A DNA stretch of 64,000 nucleotides from Eledone cirrhosa (taxonomy: Eukaryota), in NCBI GenBank assembly GCA_964016885.1, contig OZ024745.1:79050001-79114000 (forward strand), read 5' to 3'. Below the pieces are notes generated by a model. The model was not told the DNA's origin and ran no database searches. It saw nothing but the letters and a program-made list of their open reading frames with translations. Of the stretch, positions 12,850 to 25,669 are shown in pieces. Within the stretch, counting starts at the first letter, position 1, and every line of letters begins with the position of its first letter. The position numbers were made by a program, and so were the translations under genes.

Positions 12850-13440
12850 ATAATTAAGCGTACTTTCTCTAAATTTTGAATTTTTGACATTCTTATAACA
12901 GTAGGACTTGACTGGGACAAGGGCGCAAACCAAGGTAGCATAAAACGTGGGAAGTGTCTCATTTAGGACTGCAATCGTCGACATAACTATAATTTAGTGT
13001 GTGTGAGGGAAATGTAAATATATTGCGATTACATGGAAATAAAGAAAGGAATATAATACTTTCATTGTAGTACAGTTCATTCGTTAATGCTACTTTCAAT
13101 CTAATGTAGATAACGAATAAGACTGCAAATATACGCAGTACTAAAAAAAAAAAAAAGAAGAAACGAGGAGGGGGTTAATAACGAAATACTCAATCACACC
13201 ATAACAAGAAGTGCTGGACATTCCTTCTAATAATGCTAATTGTAAATCTCAAATCTTTCCATCATGCCCTCCAGTTTCATATCGATGAATAATATCTATC
13301 AGGATAAGTTATCTCCATGAGTATTCGTTTAATACTTCAAAATTCATATTTAATTGTGTATATTTACCAAGAGGAAGAGAGAAAAAAGAAAACAAGGAGA
13401 TGAAAGGAAGGAATAAAATAGAAGGGTTTGTGGGTTAATT

Positions 13441-13772
13441 CTACACTGCTGGCTGAACAGTATATCTCAGCCGCGCCCTGCGGACAACATGGTGAAAGCA
13501 TGCAACGGAGATCAGCCAGCAAAACCCATTACATCGGTCATTCCGCCTCTCATGACTTTTTCTCCAGGCGAGATGCTCTCTTGATTTGACCGGGACAAAC
13601 GGCAATTCGGATACCTGGGATACTGGAAGTCTCAATGACAACCGGCACAAAAAGGAAACGGCTAGTCAGTGTCAGATTTTCCACAGAAATGTAATATCAT
13701 TTCTACAACAAAGAATTGCAGGAAATATTATTATTATTATTATTATTATAAAGAAATCATTATTATTATTAT
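13441..13772 (+). mobile_element. Possible 3' remnant of an RLE-type (CRE/R2-group) non-LTR element with an (ATT)n tail
   Basis: Broken frames give TL(L)AEQYISA..K.HY...SASHDFSP and ISFLQQRI, resembling the RLE C-terminus. Confidence 0.3.
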
Positions 13773-13774
13773 TT

Positions 13775-14082
13775 AAGGTTAACTTTGCCTTTCATCCTTA
13801 CGGGGTCGATAAAATAAAGTACCAGTAATGTACTGGTTAATTGCTGGCCTTGTGCCAAAAATAGAAACAATTAATATTATTATTATTTGAAAGGCAGTGG
13901 ATTGGCAGTATCAGTAAAGGGTCGGACGCCATGCTTTGCCGCATAGAGTTACGTCTCTTTACTGTCTGAGTTTAAATCCCTCCGAGGTTAACTTTGCCTT
14001 TCGTCCTTACGGGGTCAATAAAATAAAGTACCAGTAATGCACTGGGATAATTGCTGGCCTTGAGCCAAAAGTAGAAACAATT
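13775..14082 (+). mobile_element. Two tandem tRNA-derived Meta/MESC-like SINEs (family 2): partial 13775-13872, full 13893-14082
   Basis: A box TGGCAGTATCAG, B box GAGTTTAAATCC, core ACTTTGCCTTTCATCCTTACGGGGTCGATAAAATAAAGTACCAG. Confidence 0.85.
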
Positions 14083-14091
14083 ATTATTATT

Positions 14092-16430
14092 TGAAACTTC
14101 TTTAGGAAATTAGTATCAGTGTATATAAATATTATCAAGAATGACAATAAATGCAGGTGAGAGTTGTGACATGGTTTTACTTCACAGAAGTCAAATAAAT
14201 TGTTATAAATAATTGTTACCACATGTTGATGTTCAGGTGGTCACAACTCCAAGACTGGAGTATGTGGAGAAGAACAGAAAATCTTCTCTTGGTAAGGTTC
14301 AAATGTTTCTTTAGGCTGCCGGTGTTCTTCTTGGGTGCGAAGGAAGTGAAACAGGAGTCATCTCTTGACAAGGTCTCAGGTGATCTTGTCCCTTCGAAGT
14401 TCAGGAGTAAAGTGTGTCTTATGGCTTGATTGTCCTCGACTATATAGTCCCCAGGAGGACGCAACTCCGTTTAGTACATGAATCTGCCGCTGGGAGTCGC
14501 GCCCGTCGCAAAGGAACGTAACTCCTATACGTGCTGAGTCAGCCGTAAGGGGCTGCTACAGTACCCTCCTCCGGACGTTAGGTGAAAAGCCCGAAGGTAA
14601 CTAGCGAACCCACAAGCATGGGCTCCCAGCACAGGCATGAAATATCAACGCAAGGGGTACATATATGAAATATCAACGCAAGGGGTACATGTATGAAAAC
14701 AGGCATAAAATGGTAAAGAAAAGGTACATAGTAATACAATAAAGAGAAAAACAAAAAAGGCTCCAGTAGCCAGTTCACATGAAAACAGTTTGGCAGAGTT
14801 TTTTGGGCCAGTGGACTCTTCAACCGGAACGGGTCGTGGTCTTGTATGTTGAGGGGGGTGGGGTGGAGAAACAGGTGTGTGTGCAAAAGAGAAAGATGGG
14901 GGTGTATGTGGTTCAGGTGTGTGAGCATCTGTGTGGGCCCGTTTAAGTCTATCAACCGCAATGGTCTCTCTGGATCCCTTAATGTCTACAGTGAAAGCAG
15001 GATGATAGGCTGTGGTCCGAATCCGTTGAGCTCCAATGATCTTTGTGAGCTCAGAAAAGATGAGACTCAAATTGTCTACCACGGTCTGTGGTGACTGTAG
15101 TTGGTACCTCAAAGCGGGTAATCCACCCTGATACCAGGGCACGCGCTACAGTCTCGGCAGTTATATCTTGTAAGGGGATGGCTTCAGGCCATCGAAAAAA
15201 CGATCAAGAGGTACAAATATCCACTGGTGAATGGCCAAGGTCCAACAATGTCAATGTGGATGTGTTGAAACCGAGCATCTGGAGTACTGAAAGTACCAAG
15301 TGGAGTCCGGATGTGTCTGTGGAGTTTAGATCTCTGACACTGCGTGCAGGAACGGCACCAGGCAGTAATTTCTCGCCTCATATTAGGCCAGAAAAATCTA
15401 GTCGTTATACGCTTTACTGTGACAGAAATTCCTGGGTGAGAAATGCTGTGCAAAGCAAGGAACACAATTTGACGGTGAGTCTCAGGAACAAATGGTCGTG
15501 GTGAATCCGTAGATACATCACATAGAATCTGCCTGTCGGTGGTCGACAAGGGCAGATATTTGAAGATGCAAGTCACAAATTCGGCAGAAAGAGTATCCAA
15601 CGATTGGAGTGAAGGTTGGTCTGCAGCTAAACGACCTAAGTCGATCTCCTGAGATGATGAGATGGAGCTGATTGGCAAACGTGACAATGCGTCTGCAGCT
15701 ATGTTATGCGAGCCAGCAATGTGCTGGATATCATTTGTAAATTGCGAAACATAGTCCAGGTGCCTTGTCTCTCTGGGCGAATATCTGTCGGCTTTAGCCC
15801 TCAAAGCGAAGGTCAGAGGTTTGTGGTTGGTTAAAACAGTAAAATTTCTCCCCTCAAGAATATGAGAGAAATGTTTCACCGACAGATATATGGCTAATAA
15901 TTCCCGCCGAAACGTGCTATAACGCGTTTCTGCTGGTTTCAGCTTCCTCGAGAAAAATGCCAAAGCGTTGAACTGCTGTAAAACTGCTCCCACAGCAGTA
16001 TCAGATGCATCAACACAAAGCGAAAGCTTGGCCTCTAGTACCGGGTGGGCTAGCAAAGATGAACTAGCGAGTGCTGTCTTGACAGTCTAGAAGTCTTGAA
16101 GCTGTCCTTGTGTCAAGGAAATATCCTCATTCTTCTTACAACGATTTTTCAAAATGTCAGTAAGGAAGCTAGCAAATTAGCACAATGAGGAACGAAACGC
16201 CTATAGAAATTAATAAGGCCTAAGAAGTGACGCAACTGCTGAAGTGTAGTAGGCAGAGGTAAATCCTGTATGGCTTGAACTCACTGAGGGAGCGGCTTAA
16301 TACCTTCGGCGTCGATGAGGTGGCCTAAAAAATTTAGCAAAGTGGAACCATAAACACACTTTGCAGGATTCACATGAACGCGGTAATCCTGAAGTCGCTG
16401 AATTAAGAGATGTATGTGGCACATATTTGA
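14092..16430 (-). mobile_element. Gypsy LTR retrotransposon remnant (RT end, RNase H, integrase, PPT, 3' LTR 14092-14560)
   Basis: DASDTAVG, RELLAIY, TNHKPL, ADALSR, HHCC zinc finger, HIDIVGP, RTTAYHP, VDRLK; PPT GGAGGAGGG next to TGTAGC. Confidence 0.9.
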
Positions 16431-16565
16431 ATTCTACTTATTTCCGAAATCATGCTGGGTGTCAACCTGACACCTGAGGCAAAATTTGATAATACACACA
16501 TTTTATAATCAATTGTCATATAAATGATGCCACAAGGGCACAACCAACAGTAAATATCTTCACCC

Positions 16566-18660
16566 AATGATCATTGTCCATGCACATCACATGTCCAAAC
16601 CAAGGCAGTCTTCTGCACACCATCTCGAATTCCTCTTAAACCCAGTGCTTCCTTCAACTCATCCAAGCTCTGCTTCTCTTTCACACTTACATTGCACTTC
16701 CAACGGAGCATGGGGGCTTTATTTCTCTCCAGTCTATGCATGTCCTCAGCAGTCATAGCCCATGTTTCAGTCCCATGCAGCATCGCACTTCGCATAGTCG
16801 TCCTTTTGTACATAGTGAAAAACCTTTTGTGGGCAACAGTGGGAGTAGCTCTCTAAACTTTTTCCACCCTCTCGTTATTTTAGCTATTATGCTCTCAGAC
16901 ACCCTCTTCCATTGCTAATTAGGTTGCCTAGATAGCAGACGCCATCAACCACTTCCATGAGTCCTTCCTGTAACTGGAATAGGGTTACATCACTGGTTAT
17001 CTTCTCCTCGTGCATCCTCTACAGTCTTCCCTTCCTGTTAGCTTACTCGTTATCCCACTACATCTCTTGTGTACCCAAGATTTACATTATGTACACTGTA
17101 TGCAGTTTATGCCTATTCCCTTTCTACATATTGAACAGGGTCACTTCCCTGAAGGAATCAGTGTCCTATCTTCTCTCCTACTCACTAGCACTTTAGTTTT
17201 GGTTAAGTTTACTCTCAGGCCTTTTGATTCTAAATTCTGTTTCTATAGTTGAAACTTAATTTCTAGTCGTCTTGCTTCTTTCTTAGTCACCTGGTACTGG
17301 TCGCTGCTACCCCTATTTTTACAATCTTTCCAAGCCTGTCTCTTGGCTTGGTGGTTCCATATACTGAGCTGTTCCACTACCAGGTCACCCACTGACAGGC
17401 TGGTGCTCTACTCCAGCCACAAGTCCCATCAGTAGTTTGCCAAAGGTTGTCACGTAAGGATTTCCAGTTGTCCTCTACGTCATAAGTATCCAGCTTTTTA
17501 CAAATGCATCTCGTAGGGCCTTTCTAAACTTATATATATTCGAGAGGCCCTTTAGATTCCATACCCTACGTCTCCATATTTTCCTGTGTGTCTTGTTCTG
17601 TCTCATGTGTATTTTGATGTCACTAATAACTAACTTGTGCTAAGTGGTGCATTGCTCCCTGGGGAAGGCCTTATTATTTATTACAATCCATTTGGCTTTT
17701 GTGTTCGCCTGATTAATATGACATTAGGTAACTGGCTGGTTTTCTGAAATTTGTGTTGTAAATGTTAATTCATTTGCATCACAGAATTCCAGGAGTCTCA
17801 ATCCCTCTTCATTTCTTGAGCCATAACCACAGCCACCATGAGTTCCACTGAATACATCCTGGTACTGCCCCATTTATCCATTGAAGTTGCCAACCAGGAT
17901 GATGAGGTAACCATTATCGTTACCTGAAGTCTTCTGTAAAAGTTCTTCATAGTACCTGTCTTTTTGTTCTTTACTCAGTCCTGTCTATGGAGCATAGGCA
18001 GATGTAATTGTCACCATTCTATTTCCTACTGCTATTGTAAGCTTGATAATTCTGTTGTTTACCTTAACCACTTCTATTACTTTATTTATCCATTTATCAG
18101 CTAATAAGATGCCTACACCTCCTCCCCACTTTCCTATCCAGTAAAGCTTGTATTTATGCTGTTTGCCTGTTAGTAGTGTTGTTAAAGCACCCCTCCATCT
18201 CATCTCTTGTACACAGCAGATGTCTACTTCTCTCCTCTCTAGCAGTTCCACAATTTCACCCAATTTACTTTTCAGAGTGACAACATTGAAGGTGGCAGTC
18301 CTGAGTTTTGTACCTTTCCGGTTGCTATTTCCTTGGGTAGATGTTTTATGTATCTGAAAGGCAAAAGGAGTGTGCAATTGCTTGATAACGGTCGAGGAGT
18401 TCTCGCACATAGCTATTCTAGCCACCGCACTACTGTGTGCAGCACTAACATGACTTGTGTTAGCCTTGTATATGGATTTTGTGGGAGTTATATTTGTCGT
18501 ACTGTTCATATTTTTTGGCAGCGTTTTTCTGACTTCTTATCACCAACCACCTTACAGTGTGGACTATTTGTGCCACCAGCACTAGAGGGGTTGTCTTACT
18601 GGACTCAAGGGTCCTCTCCACCCTGGGTTAGTTTTTATTTAAAGTGTCTGCTCTCCTAGA
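16566..18660 (-). mobile_element. RTE LINE (third, diverged subfamily), degenerate, with 5' region
   Basis: ATFNV, QEMRW, AYAP, PHD remnant at about 16990-17140, HGTETW..RLERN. Confidence 0.85.
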
Positions 18661-18663
18661 CAA

Positions 18664-18943
18664 GTTGCCTTCACTACAGCTTACAGAGCCCACATCTACC
18701 CTGTGCAGTTCTTTAATCGAAGTTACTGCTCTGTTAGATGGGTTGCCTTCACTATGAATCACGGAGCCCACATCTACCCTGTGCAGTTCTTTAATCGAAG
18801 TTACTGCTCTGTTAGATGGGTTGCCTTCACTATGAATCACAGAGCCCACATCTACCCTGTGCAGTTCTTTAATCGAAGTTACTGCTCTTTTAGATGGGTT
18901 GCCTTCACTATGAATCACGGAGCCCACATCTACCCTGTGCAGT
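18664..18943. repeat. 78-bp tandem repeat, about 3.6 units, at the RTE 5' end
   Basis: CTGTGCAG recurs at 18701, 18779, 18857 and 18935. Confidence 0.95.
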
Positions 18944-19177
18944 CATTTTTTATCTACTCTGTGGATCATAACCTTAATTTTCTCGAGGAGGGAGGTTGGC
19001 ATTGTTGATATAGGAGGGGGAAGCAACTGGCGGGAAGGGGAGGGGCTGCAAGGCCATGTCAGCCAAACAGCGGGTGGGCAGGAGGGGTGTGGAAACACTA
19101 TCATGGAAAAATTGGATCAAACTAATTCTGCTGTTAAATATAATATGTTATAGAAATTTGACCATTAAACATAAATT

Positions 19178-19335
19178 TCTACTTTTGGCACAAGGCCAGC
19201 AATTACTGGTGCTTTATTTTATCAACCCCGTAAGGATGAGAGGCAAAGCTAACCTCGGCGGGATTTGAACTCAGAACATAAAGAGCCATAAGCATGGTGT
19301 CTGACGCTCTACCAAAACTGCGAATCCACCGCCAT
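19178..19335 (-). mobile_element. Family 2 SINE, diverged
   Basis: Reverse complement of the Meta-like core and tRNA head. Confidence 0.7.
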
Positions 19336-19560
19336 TAAACATAATATGCAATAAATATATATTGTGATGGCATGTGGCTTAGTTGTTAGAGAGTAGGATT
19401 CAGAATGGTGAGGCTGTGAATTCAATTCCTGGACTGGACTGAGTGATCTGTTGTGTCCTTGTGCAAGACACTTTATGTTGTTCCTGTTTACTTAGCTGTA
19501 GAAATAAGTTGCAACATTACTGGTGCCAAACTGTATCAGCCTTTGCCTTTCTTTGGACTA

Positions 19561-19731
19561 AAACCTCCATGCTTCCTGAAATTCGCCAACACTATACCTG
19601 ATATCCCTTCTCCATACACTGTTCCTTTTCCTGGCATTTGTACATTATTCTATGTACTATACATGCACCATTGATGAATTGTAGTGCACCTGAGCACTGT
19701 ACACAATAATTTCATTATTATTATTATTATT
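19561..19731 (+). mobile_element. 3' tip of the CR1-group LINE seen at 58806-62379
   Basis: Encodes SMLPEIRQHY*; GTAGTGCACCTGAGCACT; (ATT)n tail. Confidence 0.85.
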
Positions 19732-19974
19732 AACATCAGTGGTGTAGAGAAGGGAGGCTAGTTATCACTGTTTCTATATAACTTCACATAGATACCTCAT
19801 TAGGCCTAAGCTGACTTCAGCTACTTGTGCTTACACTACAGTTGTATACTTGTTAACAAATTTTATTCCAGTATGTCTTATTTGTAATTAAGCTTTATAT
19901 TGAACAGTAGTAGCAAATTCAATACACACATTAACAATTCGAATTACCACATATATAACATAACTAGATTTGAT

Positions 19975-20112
19975 AATTGTTTCTTCTTTTGGCACAAGGC
20001 CAGCAATTACCCAGTGCATTACTGGTACTTTATTTTATCGACTCCGTAAGGATGAAAGGCAAAGTTAACCTCGACGGGATTTGAACTCAGAATGGCAAGG
20101 GCCGTAACTCTA
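19975..20112 (-). mobile_element. Family 2 SINE (head extends to about 20153)
   Basis: Matches 57735-57915. Confidence 0.8.
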
Positions 20113-20964
20113 TGCGTCAAAGAATGGCGTCCGACCCTCTACCGATACTGCCAGATAATGTACTCTTTTAAGATTGTAAAGCTGGGTTATTTAGCTACAT
20201 ACAATCTAATGCATTGAAACACGACAGTAAGCCCCTTTTATTCAGCTATTAAGTTTTCTCATCACTCTAAAACCTAATTAGAGCAATCTCTATTTCCCTT
20301 TTTTTTTTTTCATATATTTGAGAAATATAATCTTAATTTTCTAGTGTCCATAAATGTTATTATTTATTCAATCATCATCATCATTGATTTTATGTTGGCT
20401 TTTCTATGCTGGCATGGATTGGATGGGACTTTTGAGGCAATGTTTTACAATCAGATGCCCTTCCTGACACTAACTCTTTCAGTTGCTTCTTACAACATGC
20501 AGGATTACAGTGAACCTATTCTAAACCTAATACAGTTATATATAACTAAACTTTATATCTTTCACTAATCTCCAAAATCAGTCCCTTGCATTCATGCTTA
20601 TTGATGAAATGAAGCATATAGCAATGCAAGAATGGATGGTGGTGCTGTGGTGTGTGGGGCTAGAGTACCGGAAGTGCAGGGGAGGTCTTGCCAGAAGTAG
20701 GAGCCAGTGACATGACATCAGAGTTTGCAGACCTTTTGTCCTCTCTTTGGTCAGGGAGTGGTACCATGTAGCGGAGCTGCTGCTAAAGATTCTCTATATT
20801 CTTTGGCCAGATGTAAAACAGGTGAATATTCGTGCAGGGAGATTTAGTCTGGACTCGAATTTAGACGCAAAGGTAGGTTTCTTCGCTTCCTTGTGACAAG
20901 CTATATCGGCATATATTTTTAATTATTTACTTTCTCCAATCTCACAGATGATATAGAAACGAAA

Positions 20965-22671
20965 GCAACTAATCAGAGAGAGAATTGATCTAGATGAAAT
21001 GCAGTTCGGGTTTGTGTCAGGCAAAAGTACCAGACGCTCTTTTCATTGTACGACAACTACAAGAGAAGTACCTAGCTAAAAGTAAACCCCTATACTTAGC
21101 TTTTGTCGACTTGGAGAAAGCCTTCGACAGAGTCCCCCGTTCCATTATCTGGTGGGCTCTTAGAAAACTAGGTGTTGATGAATGGCTTGTGAGAGCTATA
21201 CAAGCCATGTATAAAGAAACAGTCAGCAAGGTTAGAATTAACAACGAATATAGTGAAGAGTTTAGCGTAAAAGTTGGTGTTCATCAGGGCTGTTCTTAGC
21301 CCCTTACTATTTATTATTGCCCTTCAGGCTATAACAGTGGAGTTCAAGACCGGCTGCCCATGGGGACTCCTATACGCAGATGATCTAACGCTCATAGCGG
21401 AATCAATGGCCGAGCTAGAGAAGAAATTCCAAACATGGAAGCACGGCCTAGAATCAAAAGGCCTTAAAATTAACATGGCTAAGACTAAAGTTCTAGTTTG
21501 TAGGAAAGAAAATAAGGCGCCGGTCCCTTCCGGGAAATGGCCATGCTCAGTGTGTAGGAAAGGCGTAGGTAGAAACTCCATTTTATGTCCCAGATGCAAA
21601 GTATGGGTGCATAAAAGATGTAGTGGGATCACAGGTAAGCTAAGAACATAGATTTTACATGTGGCCGGTGCTCTGGTGCAATAAGTAGCAGCAAGTGCCC
21701 ACAAAATACTAGCTCTTTCAATTGCGCAGAGGGTTCTATAGAAATAGTGGACAGCTTCCGTTACCTGGGTGACAAAATCAGCAGTGGGGGAGGGTGCTCT
21801 GAAAGTACAGTAGCTAGAGTCAGAACTGGATGGAAAAAGTTCAGAGCTTATACCACTATTAGCCGCTAAAGGGTTCTCCCTAAAAATGAAAGGCAGGCTG
21901 TATGATGCCTGCATACGAACAGCAATGTTGCATGGCAGTAAGAGCTGGGCATTGAGTGCAGAGGATATACGCAGACTGGAGAGGAATGAAGCTTGCATGC
22001 TCCGCTGGATGTGTAACAGTAATATACGTGAACGGCAAAGCATAAACGAACTAAGGGAAAAATTAGAAATAAGAGGGATCAGATGTTGTTTACTCGAGAG
22101 AAGGCTACATTGGTATGGTTACGTGATGCGCATGAAAGACGACAGCTGTATAAAAAAGTGCAGGGCAATAAAGATAGACGGCAGCCCCAGAAAAACCTGG
22201 CATGACCTGATAAATTCCGACCTCACACACTTACACCTCTCCAAGACAATGTCACTGGACCGAGATCTTTGGCGGTACTCAGTAACAGAGAAGACCCGCC
22301 TTACCTAAATACAAAGTAAAACCTACTAGTCAGTAGGCATCTCTAACAAAATACCCCCCCCCCCCCCCCACACACACACACTTTCAATGTAAAGTTATGT
22401 TGGTGCCACAACATCCAGGCCGAAACAAATGAGATCGTGTAGGTGTCATGACAAAAAAAAAAAACAGACCACGCTGTAATGTGGCCGTGTAGGCAACACA
22501 GTAAAAACCTCCCAGCCCCACACTGTAAATGTGGTTGGTGTTAGGAAGGGCATCCAGCTGTAGAAAACCCGCCAGACAGTCCTATGCGAGCAAGACAACC
22601 ACTCTTGCTTCAAGTGGGAAAACTCCCGTCCAAACCCATGCAAGCGTGGAACATGGAACGATGATGATGAT
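20965..22671 (+). mobile_element. RTE LINE subfamily A, 5'-truncated (RT, PHD, 3' UTR)
   Basis: Near-identical to about 8915-10651 with several frameshifts. Confidence 0.92.
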
Positions 22672-23435
22672 GTAGCAATGCAGTCAAAGCCTTCAGCGGT
22701 GAGAGGGATGTTATTGCCTCAGTTGTTGTGTGTACTCATTTGTCGATTGCTCAGTGATGTGGAGTGTAGGCAAAGGAAGATTGATGTACTTTATACAGTG
22801 TGACCAGAGATTGCAGGTGTGCAAGTAAGTGAGTAAGTGTTCATTATTATGATGATGATGATGATGTGATCATTCCTCGGGTAAGTGTTTTACCCTGATC
22901 ACATAGGTAATGAAATATATAAACCACAATAACACAGAGCCACTATATTAATAATTTATTTAATCTGTCGTCGAAGTTATACGACAACATACAAAGAACA
23001 AATAACCACAACAGTTGAATTGTCTGATGTTATGTATGAGATGTGATGTGTATGCCTGTTTGTTGCACTAGTGTTATTAAAAATGTATTTACCAAACTTC
23101 TGGTGATGGGATGAATTTCGCTGGCCTGGCTGAGAGAGAGACCCAAAGGGGTTGGTGTGCGAGACAGTTGACCACATTTTGGCTCGTCAATATGAACTCT
23201 GAAACTGCTGGAATTGACTCTGGGAGCAGGCTAGTTATGAGTATTCCCTCCTTTGTCTCTGGGACTCCAGAATAAGCAGATGACCGTTTTATAAGTAAAA
23301 ATCTCAGGCATATTGGTGGCTCAAAAGCCCATTTACAATGGAAACTTATCTATGAGGTAACCAAAGGTCAGCTTCTTGGTGGACGCTTGATAGTGACAGA
23401 AACTCTATTTAGGAGGGTATCAAAGTACTGCTACA
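22671..23435. mobile_element. Probable solo LTR
   Basis: Bounded by TGTAGCA...TGCTACA; no clear target-site duplication. Confidence 0.4.
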
Positions 23436-23819
23436 ATTATATATCTTCCAGTAACATTATTAGTATAAATGAAATTAAGTGTTTTTAGCCAAGAATTAGA
23501 ACTGCACTTAGTTTTCAGTAGCTTACCACAACTTGACAGCAATCTTTTAAAAATATACAAATATATTTACATTTTTACTATTTCATTTGACAGAGTTTTT
23601 TTTTTTTAATTGTAACTAATTTCACAAGAATACATTTAATTCAAAATGCTGTACTATATATTTCTGTACTAACTAATATACACACATATGGTGGCTGTTG
23701 AATCGTTATCAAGTATGACCACCTTTTGCACTTGGTCCCTTTCAGATTCGATGTCTGTTGATCATGGACTCTCAAGAGTACAAGGACATACACCAGTATG
23801 TTAAGAGCAAGACACTACC

Positions 23820-24190
23820 ACCTAGGTACTAATGACACTTCCTGAGGAACTTCATTAGTAGTGGGGGTGAGTGTTCTGAAAGTACAATAGCTAGATTTAG
23901 AACTGGGTGGAAAAAGTTTGGGGAATTACTACCTCTGCTGGCTACAAAGATTTTCTCCCTCAGCATGAAAGGCAGATCGTATGATGCCTGTTTCAGAACT
24001 ACAATACAGCATGAAAGTAAGATATGGGCCTTGAACGCAGAGCATCTTTGAAGATTGGAAAGAAAGGTGAGCATGCTCGAATGTATGTGCTGGCATGGGC
24101 ATGTGAGGTGTAGGCAGGATGACAACTGCATAAGAAGCGCAGGGCACTCGAAGTTGGAAACTGAAAGAGGTGGGCCCAGGGAAACATTGA
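23820..24190 (+). mobile_element. Degenerate RTE RT C-terminal fragment
   Basis: SSGGECSESTIARFRTGWKKF..LLPLLATK. Confidence 0.75.
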
Positions 24191-24192
24191 AA

Positions 24193-24654
24193 TGTAGTTT
24201 TGGGAGATTAGTATCGGTGTACATATAATATTATTACAAAAGATAATAAATGCCGGTGTGTTGTGATGTTTTTACTTCATAGAAGTCAAAGGGATTAATA
24301 TAAATGAATCATTACCCGTGGATCACAACTCCTAGACTGAAGTGTGTAGAGAAGAACAGAGATCTTCTCTAGGATGTGTTAACATCTTCTTAGGCTTTTA
24401 GGCTGCCGGTTGCATTCTTCTTGGTGGCGAAGGATTATGAGAAAGGAATCATCTCATGCTAAGGTCGCAGGTGTTACCACTTTGGAATTCAGGAGGCGAG
24501 AGAGAGAAATCGTCCTAACCTGTTCCTTTTATAGTGTCTGACCGGAAGTGACCGACAGGGAGTCTGTCACCCCCCAAGGGAAGCAACTCCAGCTACTTCC
24601 TGTCTAGAGAGCGGTGATGAGATTGTTATGACAAGGGAGGCAACTCTTGCTACA
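24193..24654 (-). mobile_element. Solo LTR related to the Gypsy LTR at 14092-14560
   Basis: TG...CA ends; shared blocks TTAGTATC(A/G)GTGTA, TTTTACTTCA(C/T)AGAAGTCAAA, TCACAACTCC, TTAGGCTGCCGG. Confidence 0.75.
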
Positions 24655-25479
24655 TAGTCATTTGGAAGGGACATGTCAATGTTTTCAAGGGTTTCATGTG
24701 AAACTCTAATTTAGGTGAGTATGATCCTCAGGTTGTGCAACTAGACAGACAACCAATAATACAATTTTGCATTTTCTACCAGATGCTATTTGAGCCTCAT
24801 CTATGATCAGGTGGCAAAAATAAGAATCATGATAATCTAAAATTTAGTATTGTTTACAATGAAGTGATCATCATTATCATCAGTTTTATGACAGCTTTTC
24901 TATGTTTTCATGGGTTGAACAAGTCCTTTCCGTTTTCATCTATTGATCATCATCTATATGTATCACATGTCCATACCAGTGCTGTTTTCTCTCTTAGCTA
25001 CTATGGTTTCACTATCTTCAACTCTCATCATTATTAGATAGGAAAGAAAATATATCCACAATTACCATATGAGCAATTCATAGATTTTGTTTCATCATCC
25101 TCATAGTCATCATCATTTAAAATCCATTCTTTCTTCCATGCTGGCCTGGACTGGACTGCTAGCATGGGTTAGATATTTTGTGTGTGTGTGTTAATAAAAT
25201 TGACTCTTGTTATCTTCAATTTTAGTTTGGGGTAGTTGTTTTTTCTTAAATGTTAAAAAAAAAGAATAAAGTATATCAATAAAAACAACTGAATATATAT
25301 TTATTTAATACATGCCATTTATTTCAAATGTAATAATTTATCAAAAGCAGATGATTACAATGTATTTGAAAGAGAAAAGTTGAAATATCAAACTAAGTAA
25401 AAGAAATATTGTTTTTTATTTCTTTTTCTTCTTAATATTATTCAATATTATAAATAAATAGGATGGGGGAATAGACATT

Positions 25480-25669
25480 TCAAAACATCTCCCTTGTTAT
25501 CCTCCAGGATAATGCTTTCTCAATTCTATCCACTGGGACAATGAGGTGACTTGCACCAGGAGTTCTGTATACCAGAGAGTGTTTTCCTTCACTCTCTGGA
25601 CTTGTATTATTAGGGTATCGATGGTATATGTTACTGATTGTTTTGAGTCCCAGTGAGTGATATAAATAG
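25480..25669 (-). CDS. Candidate NMNAT alternative last exon C (YLYHSLGLK...WRITREMF*)
   Basis: aacag acceptor in phase 2, 62 open codons, non-repeat sequence, AATAAA downstream; weak pyrimidine tract. Confidence 0.3.

Noticed and set aside
18664-18943. CRISPR-like array
   Set aside because: The units are contiguous with no unique spacers, the context is eukaryotic, and there are no cas genes.
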